Shown here: positions 1 to 11,942 of the stretch, piece after piece
Numbering within the stretch: the stretch's first letter is position 1
How the letters are laid out: every line of letters starts with the position of its first letter
Assembly: GCA_045837725.1 (NCBI GenBank)
Contig: JBEWZL010000143.1
Span: forward strand, 1-52,946
Source of the DNA: Vermamoeba vermiformis
Taxonomy: Eukaryota
Direction of reading: 5' to 3'
DNA length: 52,946 nucleotides
Made by a program: the position numbers and the translations under genes
Notes under the pieces: model-generated
What the model saw: the letters and a program-made list of their open reading frames with translations, nothing else
Told to the model about the DNA's origin: nothing
Databases searched by the model: none

Positions 1-74
1 GATAATCACGATCAAAACCCAAAGATATTTTGACTTCTTTTTATCGTTCTATGCTTACACATTTCGATTTGCAG

Positions 75-319
75 ATATTTGGTCATTTGGTATTCTGATG
101 TACGAAGTGATTACACGACAAGAGCCTCACAGCGAAGCAGATCCGATTGAGATTGGTCGATTGATCAGAGACTCAGGTTCGACACCTGTCATTCCATCAT
201 CGTGTCATCATCAACTTGCCGATGTCATGAAACAATGCTGGCAGATGTCACCGCAATCAAGACCAAAGATAGAAGCGATAATTGAGTCTTTGGAATCACT
301 ACAATCCGCTATTGATTAG
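75..319 (+). CDS. Terminal exon of a receptor tyrosine-kinase paralog (gene begins upstream of window)
   Basis: Acceptor gcAG at 73-74, then (D)IWSFGILMYEVITRQEPH...CWQMSPQSRP (kinase subdomains IX-XI). Near-identical to exons at 10635-10876, 23153-23394 and 52659-52900. Confidence 0.9.
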
Positions 320-532
320 CTCGAACCACTGAAACAGTAAACTACTGCTTTAAATATGCTGACAAAAGACTAAATCAATACTCTTTATGATTGTAGATTG
401 AATCAAGGACGTTTATTTACCTAAACTTGATCGACCTGGTAATGCGTAACAAAGATCTTGGGCTTTGCGAATGACCGGTCACACCTTCAAAAAGTTAGCG
501 TTGATGTAGTATTAAATTAGCTAACTTCTTAC

Positions 533-1424
533 TCATTCTCGGTACGTTGCTTTAATAGGATACTTGGCCATTTTCAATCGCATCTCCGAATCCGCGTTAC
601 CGAGGTAACAGCCCAGTCTCTCGTATAACTGGAGCTGTTCAAAAAATCCTGCATATAAGATTTGTGTTAATATTTGTGCGTTTAGAGCGTCCTTTTTTGG
701 AGAATATGGAACATACCTGGATTCGGATGGGCTAAAGGACGCTGCTTTTTTATTATTGATAAGGCATCATATGCGTCTAAATCACGTTCCTTCATCAAGT
801 AGGCGGCGACTATAGTACAACTACGCGATATTCCTGCCTCACTATTGCGTACTAGGTTAACATAAGCCGCTCCAAGTTGCGTGCACACAGAGTTCATACC
901 AAACTACTGCCACGCCTTGTCCTTGCTTAATGCCTTCGCTAATGAATTCATAAGTACTATAAATAGGTATAGTTAGTAATGATGAGCGGCTAGTCAGGTA
1001 GCAAAGCTGAATCCGTACGTGTCAAAATGGCTTAACAAGTTCTGCTCTTCTGAATCTACGGCTGCAAAATCGTTTCGCGTATTAGACGTTAGCAATTTTT
1101 TTGAGGTGTTTTTAGGCATTACCATCAATGAAGGCAACCTTGAAAGCCTGTATGAAAATAGATCAGAGGAGTGCAATTAGTTTAACACCGTAAATTACAT
1201 TCGCAAATAGCGGGATCTTTTATTATTGTTGTAATAATTAAATCTATATTAAATGCAACTACCTGAAATTTATGATCGAGATTTGGCGGGATGGTGAGTT
1301 TAGCTACAATAAGGATGCGTTGAATGCCAAGCGCAAGTAAACGTTCGTGCCCTGCGTTTGATAATACATTGACGTTGCCTAAATATAAATTGGGTACTAT
1401 TTCTGTTGTGGTCTCATTTATCAT
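533..1424 (-). CDS. Atypical dual-specificity protein phosphatase (multi-exon)
   Basis: EIVPNLYLGN; spliced CX5R motif VVCEAGISRS; AYLM; PNPGFFEQL. ATG at 1424, TGA at 533-535. Internal exon borders partly inferred. Confidence 0.85.
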
Positions 1425-1761
1425 TTTATAAATAAATCGCAATTAAGCACTTGAATTTATCATCGAAGATTGCGAAGCCATCACCATAACATAGATTTTG
1501 TGTATTCATTAACAAGATGAAAATTTAGATTGTGTTTTGGTTGCATGTGAGTTTTACTGATCGAATAGATCAACGTTCATTTAACGGTATCGGTAAGATA
1601 GATGAGACATCACTATTATTTGTGCGAGTAGTGTTCGCTAAATAAAGCAAATCTTGGGAATATTTCGGTGAGTTTCCTCGTGAAAAGGCGCCTGGGCCGA
1701 ATTGTGTTCGTCGTCATTTGTTTTTTTTATTGCACAAACGAGATCAAACACAGTCCTCACC

Positions 1762-3531
1762 ATGATGGAATTAGATTATGGAATGTATTCACCGCGATTT
1801 GGTCGCTCTGATTTTTCCAATTACGGTTATGCCGGCGGAATGGGCGGATATGGCGCGCAGCCTCGCCATGAGCCTGGAACGATTCTTTCACTTACTATGA
1901 AACCAGCATTAAATACAACAACAACTATGTACATGTTAGAAGCATTTACAGTACGTGTACAACTCAGTCTTCAACCTCCCGTTACGAATGACGAACTGAT
2001 CACTGCCGAATTGGTGAGTTTGACCGAATCAAGTTGCTATATATTTAAGAAATATCCTATTACCACCGATTATACTGTTTTTAAATTGAAATTGCTTTAG
2101 TGAAGCTAGAAGTGGTTGGGATCTTGTGAACAGTCATTTTCACCTTTATAACGTAAAAATACAAAATAATACAATATTATCATAGTGTGTAATAATGGCT
2201 TCAATTTCATAATTGTCCGATAATACTCTTGCGACTGTTCATTTTTTTGTTGGAAATCTAACCATTATTCGCTTCCCCACGAAATTTTTACTCTTTTTGT
2301 AATTTATACATACTACATCATATTAAATGAAGGAATTATAAGATTTAAAATTTCAGGATTTGAATTACAACGTTGCTAAATTTCCAATTTTACTTTTCTG
2401 TAGGTTACGAATCTAATTCACCAAGGAAACCCTGACGGCGGTTGGCATCATATTCCAATGGAAATTGAACGATCGCCATACTACATTCCCTCGAGCGACG
2501 TTGCTTACAATTTCAAAACCACGGTAATGTGTACAACGGAGGGCAAGTTCGAGTTTACGGCAAGGATCCGCAATAACAAAGGAGGTAAGTCCAAGCTAGT
2601 AAAAGATATTAGAGGAGAGCAACGTCAGACGGATATTTCCTGAAATGGAACATTCGTGCCGACTTTCTTGCTGTCTTTCTTGGTTTTGATCAGATCGGAA
2701 ACTCAATTGATCCTTTTTGTAGAATGGATTTGGATCAGCTCATATGGATCTAATGCCATTGTCGACGTACTTCCACCCAGTCCTAATTCTAAATGGACAC
2801 AAGGACCACAATACAACGAAATTGCGCCAAATTTCTTCGTTGGAAATTTCATTGCAGCGAACCAGGTACGCATTGAATCGCACTCGTAAATGAGAGACAG
2901 TACATCGTATTAATATATTAATCTATAGGCTACCTCATTAGGATTTACTGCAGTTTTGAATATGGCCGAGGAATTAGAAGTCGTGTTCCCTCCAGCTTCA
3001 CCAGGCGAAACCCCCATCCAATATAAAAAAGTTCCTGTGCCTGGTAAGTCTTTTAACTCACTTTGAAGTGCACGTACTGACTCAACGTGGATTTTTGCTT
3101 TTTTAATTTTTGATGCTCAAAATTACCGTTATATTTGGTCGTTACATGACCTTAGAGACGCATAGCAAAGCTAAATATGAGAATAAATTTACTTAAATAT
3201 GAATATATGTCGGTTATAGAATGCTAGCTAACCGATTGTACAATTAGATGGTGCTTCGAACCCGATCCCCTCACAGTATATAGTTCAAGCAGTAGATTGG
3301 ATTGGCAATATGCTAGCAAAAGGACATAAAGTCTTAGTACATTGTAGAGCAGGAATAGGCAGATCTGGATCCATTGGAATAGCGTACATTTACAAACATA
3401 ACCGAACGTGGAGCTACGACCAAGTACGCAAGTTTGTTTGGTCTAAAAAATCTGATGTTTATCCGCATAAGAACTTGTATGATAGTTTAAGTCGATTGTA
3501 TCCTAGAGCTGTTATCTCCACTGAGAGCTAA
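1762..3531 (+). CDS. Dual-specificity phosphatase with N-terminal beta-sandwich-like domain (multi-exon)
   Basis: EIAPNFFVGN, AVLNMAEE, PVPDG, VLVHCRAGIGRS. Exons joined across GT-AG introns; N-terminal aromatic-rich beta region. Confidence 0.85.
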
Positions 3532-3754
3532 CGTGATCCGCTCGAATTGTTGATATCGACTTGTATTTTTAAATGTATACTTTGTAAATAAACCAAACCG
3601 AAATGACAATAATCAATTGCAATGCAATTATCTCGCGCAAGACAAGCGACTTCAGGTTGGATATAACTGGGCGAAAAGTCCGTGTTTCGGATCAACGTAG
3701 AAATTTTTTTGTTTTGTTCACAATATACCAACACAACAATAGCGTGCAGCAACA

Positions 3755-4898
3755 ATGTCAAGTGAGGTAAGGAATAATTCCTTGTTGTTAAGCAAGGAGG
3801 GCATTGATACGGATAAATCCTAAGGAGTGGCTTCCGTTCCGCGGATCGGTCTTTCATTCAACAGAAATACAATTATTTAAATTACCTATACTAACGACAA
3901 TGTACTATTTAGAAGCCTGTTCTATTTTCCTATTGGCGCAGCTCGTCTGCTTGGCGAGTTAGAATTGCTTTGGCTATTAAAGGCATTGATTACGAATATA
4001 GAGGTAATAATAATTCTAATTAGCTGTTAATACTAGTAGTGTTTTATTATTATACAGGCCGATTTTAACTTACTCAGATCCTAAATAGAATTTTTTTTAT
4101 TTATTTTTCCTTTTATGATACTTACCAATATTAATGCAGCCGTCGATTTACTGAAGGCAGAACAAAATAGCCCCGAATATATTAAACACAATCCTTTGCA
4201 AATGATTCCTTGCTTGATTGACAAAGGGGTATCTCTCGTCGAGTCCGTTCCTATTATTGAATATTTAGAAGAGGCTTATCCAAATACTCATCCATTATTG
4301 CCCAAGTAAGTTACTCTACGTAGAGTAAAGATTTACCCGAATATGTACATCCGAAGTTTCGGCGTTTCGGCGTTCTTCTAGAAGCAAAGCGCTCATCAAT
4401 CTTTCAAATCGGAAATTAAACTTGATTACCTAAATAATATAATATGCGGTATTAATCTTTACTATAGGGATGCAGTGGGTAGAGCCAAAGTTCGTGCATT
4501 GACTCAAGCAGTCGTCAGCGACATTCAGCCCATTCAAAACATGCGTGTGTTGAAGAAAATCAGCAACGAGCAAGAGAAGAAGAACGAATGGGCCAAGTAC
4601 TGGATCGAAGAAGGATTTAAAGGCCTTGAAAAGATGTTGGAAACCACCGCTGGAAAATACTGCTACGGTGATGAACTTTCAATGGCTGATTGTGTTTTAG
4701 TTCCTCAAGTATGTTAGTTCATGACATTAATGGCATTGATGTCTAATATGCTTTATATAGATCTATAATGCCGTTAGATTCGGTGTTGATATGAAATTGT
4801 TCCCTATCATCTCACGCATTAACGCGGATCTGAGCCAATTAGAAGCGTTCAAAAAGGCTGACGCTGCTAATCAACCTGATACTCCTAAGACTAACTAA
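3755..4898 (+). CDS. GSTZ1: Glutathione S-transferase zeta / maleylacetoacetate isomerase
   Basis: [68 protein letters not shown]. Five exons with GT-AG introns. Confidence 0.93.
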
Positions 4899-4999
4899 GT
4901 ACGAGTACAATTTGTTGAGTTAAAATATAAAGGCTAACCCTTTATTTGGAGGGCTGAATCCTGATACTAGCGTCAACTTTAAAAATACACTATTAATCC

Positions 5000-7004
5000 T
5001 TAATTATCGGCGTTTTTAGCCTGTTGCGGAGCTTGATGTTTTTTGCTCTTGTTGCAAACAGTTGATTCGAACTCCACGGAATAACAGCACGACCAATGTT
5101 GCTTGCCAATGTTGTTGACCAATCCGAAGGCACATTTGATGTAATTGCAGTCACTGTAGCTCGCGTGCCAAGTGCCGGTATGAATGCATTTACCCGAGTG
5201 GTTGTTGTCAGGATCAAATTCATCGTTGCATCGCACGCAGCGCGGCAATGGCGGCTTTTCCTTCGTGATGACAGCCTTATATAACGCATCGTCTTTCAGA
5301 GCATCAACAGGCACTACAACCATGAAGTCTTCGAGGTTGTTACTAGCTTCAAATGATTTGAATCCATGGCCCTGTAAGTGCGATGAATAACTCGTGTCGT
5401 GTCGCGCAAACGAATTTGATCTAACGTACTCTAATAGGCAATCGAGTATGAAGTATTCCGTCCTTGGGGTTCATGTAAGTGCCATATATAGTCAAACTGT
5501 TAATGATTGGTTCGCGTGACATCATATTCCTATTGAAAAAATTAGCGCAAAGTGGTTGGTCAGTGAGTATTTCTTGTTACCATAAGGTGTCTTCAGTGAC
5601 CTTTGTGAGTGCAGGCAGCCTGTGATTTACAATACCACGTCGTCTAATTGACCATAAGATGTCGTCATCTGCATTGTCACTCCAGTGATCTGCAAGCAGA
5701 TCGTTAATTCCCCGATCCTTTTAACAACGGATCTGTTGTAAAGCACGTACCTATATTAGTTTGAACAATGAATGGCGTATCTTCGCCTAACGTCTTGCGG
5801 TTTTCTTCTTTGGACTGACGACGAGTGATCAAACAGCCTTCACCTGGGTTAGCACCAGCTACGGTGAAATAGCACGGCGCAATTAACTCTGAGTTCGCTA
5901 ACCACGTGACTGCTTGATCGAAGGTCGTGGCTTCTTCTAAGACTTCTCGCACGAGAAATCCGATGGGCCAAGCTGAGGCCATGGCCTTCTTCACGTTGGT
6001 CCACATCGATCCACCGGTGTTTCTAAAATTCACTGAAACACTGCACACTCCTGGCTTCATGCCCGTAAGAATGCCCATGTATCTATATTTGGTAGTGTTA
6101 ATTAGTATCATTTGTGCAAGTGAGCGAATCCAAGCTGATCCAAAAAAGGTTTTTTTCGTCAGTTCTATCGATAATAATTTGGATTATAATAATATAATAA
6201 TTACCCTGCAAATGTGGTAGCAATAAATACGGTTTGACCTCCGCGCACAAATTCAATTTCAACGGTCAGCGGACCCAAGTGATCCATTCCCCAGTCCATT
6301 GTTCGAATATGGTGATTATTGTTGTCACTGTCCGGCACTACAATAGATGTACAGCAAGCAGCAGCTTCGTAAGCAAATTGAAGAGCGACCATGCGGCCTA
6401 ACTTCATGCCTAAAAATAGAACAAATGAGATCAACTATGTGATCAATTAGCACCTCTACTTAATATTCTTATTAATTTATGGCATTATTAATTGTCAGAT
6501 GCAGTGAAATATAGTTATGCCTTAAATCCGGTTGTGAATTAAATATTTGGCTCTGCCTAATCGCTTACCTGAGCGTTCAGCAAGAGCTTTAAGCTCTTTT
6601 CCATAATAAACTTTTCCTAATCTCGTGACATCGCGCATAACGCTTGTGATCAGACTTTCAACGATCGATCCTTTAATTTTACCCAACGCTCCTTGTAAAT
6701 CCTGCTTCAAGGAGGTTGATATTAAGTGCCATTGGTCTATTAATAGGAAATATTAATTTTTTGAATTTATTTTAAATAAATAGAAATGAGTCTTTGGCGA
6801 GTAAATTTTATTTTGCAAATCCGACTCGTATTCTGCACGATCTTTCTGTGCAAACGAATTACCTTTATAATCATCAGCAAGTTGATTCCATCTTGTTTCT
6901 GGCGGTTGATCAAGATCTATAACGTATCTGGGAACAGATGCGATGTTCTTCAAACTTTGATATGAGGCTACGTCTCTTTCAACTTGTAAAATTTCTCGCT
7001 CCAT
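5000..7004 (-). CDS. Acid ceramidase / NAAA-like Ntn-hydrolase with C-terminal Cys/His cluster (multi-exon)
   Basis: IDLDQPPETRW, YEAAACCTSIV (autocleavage nucleophile Cys), RTMDW, FAGYMGILTG, APCYF, VQTN. C-terminal CVRC...HTGTWH...WSCC...C...H. Confidence 0.85.
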
Positions 7005-7104
7005 CAAAGCTCTTGACTCTTGTGTTGTTCCACCTTAGTTTGGTGTGAACCAAAAATGCGAAGAATGTTCTTCAAATCCCATTGACGTCACGAGTGAAAT
7101 TATT

Positions 7105-7253
7105 TGCACATGACAAAAGCCTCGCAACGAAGCAGATCCAATTGAAATGGTCGATTGATCAGAGACTCAGGTTCTACACCTGTCATTCATTCCATCAGTG
7201 TGATCCTAAACTCGCCGAGAAGATGAATAATGCTCGCAGGTGTCACCGCAATC
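7105..7253 (+). pseudogene. Decayed relic of the receptor-kinase terminal exon
   Basis: gaagcagatccaattgaaatggtcgattgatcagagactcaggttctacacctgtcatt matches the kinase last exons, with indels and substitutions. No upstream exons. Confidence 0.85.
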
Positions 7254-7711
7254 GTCGATTATATCTATTATGTCTAATCAGTCTAATCAATTAATGAAAT
7301 TAAATCGAACAGGGTGTGCACCAACTGATTCATGAATCACAAGACACCGAAAAAAACAAAGAACGCTAGCGCAAATCATTTTGGAATGGTTTTTATAGCC
7401 AAACAATAGTTAGTGTAAAAAGATGCTACTCCTGCCAATCAAAATGACGTTTTGTAATTCACAAAAGTGATTCAAAGACCAAATTTTACGGTTCCTATTG
7501 TTTGGCTACATGCCTGGCTGAAAATAACTACAGCTCTCGACGCAAAATCAATCCCGTATGTACGTATAAGCTAGCTTAATTTTTTCTACTTCAATTGGTA
7601 TGTGTGCGTACTACTAATTCTGCCTACTTACTATTACACTTTCTGATTTATTTTCCTTATACAATACCATATTAATTTTATTATTCGATTGAACAGCCGT
7701 TATAAGATCAG

Positions 7712-10700
7712 ATGCATCCGAATGCCCTGATAATTATAGGAGTATTCTGGTGTTCTTTTCTCGTGAACGCCAATATTGTGTCACTAACGGAGCAATTATC
7801 CTCAAATCGAAACGATGTTGGTGGAATCCGGATCGGAGACAAATTTTATTTTGCTGGCGGATTCGAATACGGCGATAATGTTCCTACAAATATCGTCGAA
7901 ATTTATAACTTCACGAGTAGACAGTGGAATCAGCCAATTCACTTGGATGAACCTCGAGCGTGGATCTCGACTGCTGTCATCGGTCAAAACATCTTCTTCA
8001 TTGGTGGTGCTCATTACGAAGGAAGCTGCACCATGTTATATAACTCTACTTTACATCAATACGAAGACATTGGATGTGGTCCAACAGTTCGGACGCCTAT
8101 TCAAGTCTCGAATCACAACTCAACTGTGACAGTTCTTGGCAGTTTTTCAGCAGACTTCTACGACGCAACAAATGGATGGTACAACAGACCTAAACTTACG
8201 TCGTGGATGCAAAGCATTAGCGGAGGAATCAAGCTCGTTCATGAAAACTTGATTATTGGAATTGGTGGCATTAACACAACGACACTCGAAAAGCTTCTTG
8301 ATGCATGGATATACGACACTAGTACGGATAATATGATAGTATTCAATAACATCACTACAACTCCGCTTGATCAGTCAAACTCGACTGTCAGCTTTTCTAT
8401 TGCGAACGAAAAGATTGTTATTTTCACCGCTGACAGGTACTTTGCGCACGAGTTTGGCACAACACAATGGTTCGAACACTTTATGGCAGGCATATATCAA
8501 GCAGTACCACTCACTGACGTAGCATTCACGTTCAATTCATCAGGATATATGATATACTATTATGGCACGAACATCGTGACATGGACTCCCAACGCGAACA
8601 TCAACTGGGTGATGGCATTCGAAAATCAAGTAGCCATTATACAACGACAGACTTACATTACTATATACGAGAATGGTGTATGGACCGATGCTGCGATTAG
8701 TGCTATACCTGATAAGCTGATCCGATGGAGCGACGTCTACTTGCTCTACAATGCCTCGTATTATATCTGCCTCTACAACTCATCGACGAAAAGCATCATC
8801 ACGACTATCCAATCAATATCTGATGTTAAAACTATTATACCTGTCGATAACACAACGATTGTGTTTTTCGCGGGCAGTGGTGTGGTTGGAATATACAACA
8901 TAACTGTGGATCAAATCTTTGTTCGCGCTGTTCCCATGATTGGCGAATATGCTATTGGTCGCGATATCATCAGTCTCAAAGATCAAAAGATTTTCATCAA
9001 CCTTGCCATCGTGGCTCAGCTTGTCGTGGATAATCCGAACCTACTTTCCCAAGACAACACCATTGTATCGCTTGATAATATGATCAAACCGTACAATTAC
9101 ATTGACGTGTATAATCACATCACCGGAGAGCGACAGTCAGCAATATTGATGAACATGACAGAGTCTGTTGACAACAACTTTATGTCAGTGGCAGTCATCG
9201 ATGACATGTTGGTCGTTATGAACAATGCGACAGTATTCAGATACAATACAACGAGCGGCGAGTCATTCCAAACAACATCAAATTCAGCGTTAACGTCTTT
9301 TTCAACTGTTTGTACTGTCAATGTTGTCAACGGCGTGGGACACTTGCCTGCGTCCAATCCTTCAGCCATCATCTCCGTAGATTCGATTTCGATAAGTTTA
9401 ACGGATAAAATGACATTCAAAACGTCAAAACAACGCAGTTTGTGACCACTAAAGACAACGTCTTGTATATAACAGCGAAAGCGAGTCGATACGAACAGAT
9501 TTACACGTATGATGTCAGCACTCAAATATTGCAAACATTTTCATTGCCAGTAGCTCAAGACCGATTGACGATTGCAATCACAAACGACATTTTAGTTGTG
9601 TTGGGAAGTGACGGATACGTCTACGCCACAAAATTGAACGATTATTCGACTTGGTATCAAGTTGCCTTGGAGCGTGAATTTGTACCAACGATTGCAGAAG
9701 GAATGAACGACGGAACGATCATGGTTGTTGGAGGCAAGCATGTTTCCCTCGGAGTGTTCACAAACGAGATCACATTCGTCAACGCATCGGCCATCGTCGA
9801 ACTTGGAACGGTCATTTCAATCAACCAACCTGTATCTACACCAATGTCCGCTGTCATCGAAACACCAAGTAGTACACAAGGACTAACTGTCGGAGAGCTT
9901 GTTGCAGCCATTGTTGTTCCGATAGTGGTCGTTGTTGCAGGTGTCATAGCTCTTGTCATCGTGTTGATCAAACGAAGAAAACACAAATCGTCAACTACAA
10001 TTGGATTGGAGGCACGATATGGAGCATGGTTCACTCCGTTCAATCAGATCACTTTCGGAGAGCAGCTTGGACAAGGAGCATCAGGTCAAGTGTTCAAAGG
10101 CACTTGGAAGAACACAACAGTTGCACTCAAAGTGAGCATGACTCAAGCAAACACGAGTGTCATCGCTGAACTCGAACTCATGATGCAACTCAGACCTCAT
10201 CCAAATGTCGTTCAGTTGCTTGGCTTCAGTGTGCATCCAGAGACAGACAGCATCATTTTGATCATTGAGTTCTGTGAAGGTGGATCACTTGACGCCAAGC
10301 TCTATGACAACCGCGATGAGATATCACTTCAAACTCAACTTCAGTGGCTCACAGGCATCGCCAAAGGACTCAGTCACTTGCATTCGAACAACATCGTGCA
10401 CAGAGATGTTGCTGCAAGGAACATCTTGCTTGACAGAAACGAACCAAAACTGACAGATTTTGGCATGTCACGACTCGTTGATGAACAGAAACAACACGGA
10501 ACAACAAAGTCAGAACTTGGACCAATCAGATGGATGTCGCCAGAGTCGTTGAAGAACAAAGAATACTCCACAAAGTCTGGTAAGAGAAGTGACGCAACGT
10601 TTGACAGGTGTCATTCTTACCCATTCGTACTTAGATATTTGGTCATTTGGCATTCTGATGTACGAAGTGTTTGCACGACAAGAGCCTCACAGCGATGCAG

Positions 10701-10876
10701 ACCCAATTGAGATCGGTCGATTGATCAGAGACTCAGGTTCGACACCTGTCATTCCATCATCGTGTCATCCTCAACTTGCTGATGTCATGAAACAATGCTG
10801 GCAGATGTCGCCGCACTCCAGACCAAAGATAGAATCAATCATCGAGTCATTGGAATCACTACAAACTCAACTATAA
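7712..10876 (+). CDS. Kelch/beta-propeller-ectodomain receptor tyrosine kinase, reading frame broken near 9420-9442
   Basis: Signal peptide, kelch-like FYFAGG..IVEIYN..W, TM (IVVPIVVVVAGVIALVIVLI-KRRK), GQGASG, HRDVAARN, DFG, PIRWMSPE. Intron 10580-10634. Colinear with 20244-23394. Confidence 0.85.
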
Positions 10877-10957
10877 AAATGCATTGCAGGCAGCTTTATT
10901 TGTCTGAAGCAAGATCTAATGTCTTCAAATCAGAATGGTGATCGCATGGTTTAGTCC

Positions 10958-11693
10958 TTAAGGGTGCTTCGGACCTTCGGTCTTGCTTGCTTTGCCGGTG
11001 TCTTGAGAAATCTTAGCCATTGTCTCGTTCAACGTGGTTTCGCCGGCCAAATCCGCCATCGAAAGAATGCCAACGAGTCTCTTATCGCGGTTCAAGACGG
11101 GACTGCGCAAGAATTGAATTAATTTACGTTTGAAACACTACTTTAAAGCAACTTACAGTCTTCTAATTTGTTTCTCGCCCATCATTTTCTTGACCTCGGC
11201 AATGTCTTGATCATCGAAGCAGTAAACGAGATCAGGAGTCATGGCTTGGCTGATCTTTGTACTCTTGGGGTCTAATATTATTAGAATAATCAGAATATGT
11301 CTCGATTTTTATCCAAGCTTGCTCGGATTTTTTACCTGCGCCGGTGGCAATGCATCTGACGACAATGTCTCTGTCAGTGACAGTTCCAACCAATCGATCG
11401 TCTTTTCCGATAGGTAAGAAGCCAGTATCAACATTTTTCATTTCCTTTGCAGCTTCCTAAATTCAAAAAAATTAAGGGCAAATTTTGAAAAAGTTTCAGA
11501 TTCGTTTTGTTCGTGATCTTACTTGGATAGTCATATCAGGGCTGATAATTTTGGCACCCTTAGTCATTACAGCCTGTACTTTTTGTTCGCGAGGCTTGCT
11601 GGTGAAAAGCGTAGCGATAGGAGCGGATGTAGCTCTGTTTGCTTTTGCTACGTGCACCGAGGTACGCTTAATGATGTTAGTCAGAGAGTTCAT
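10958..11693 (-). CDS. Stand-alone CBS-pair (Bateman) domain protein with probable mitochondrial presequence
   Basis: Four exons splice to VMTKG..ISPDMTIQEAAKEM..TGFLPIG.DDRLVGTVTDRDIVVR...IRRLPVLNRDKRLVGILSMADL. Basic, acid-free N-terminus. Confidence 0.88.
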
Positions 11694-11942
11694 GTTGTAG
11701 TGCTAAATTTGTTTTTGTAATTAAAGTATACCAATGATGATCGACTTGCCAGACTTTTATGCTTTTTGTCGCGCGATCCATTTTTTACTCGGCAAAGGTT
11801 TAAACTTCACTTAGATTTGCTGAGAATTTTTAGATATAATCCAATAGGCAATGTTATTCGGATTTCTTATTGGTGATCGAAGGCACAAAAGTATTTCAAA
11901 CTTGCCAAGATTTGCTCGGATCGAGCTTCTATCGGATCAAGT

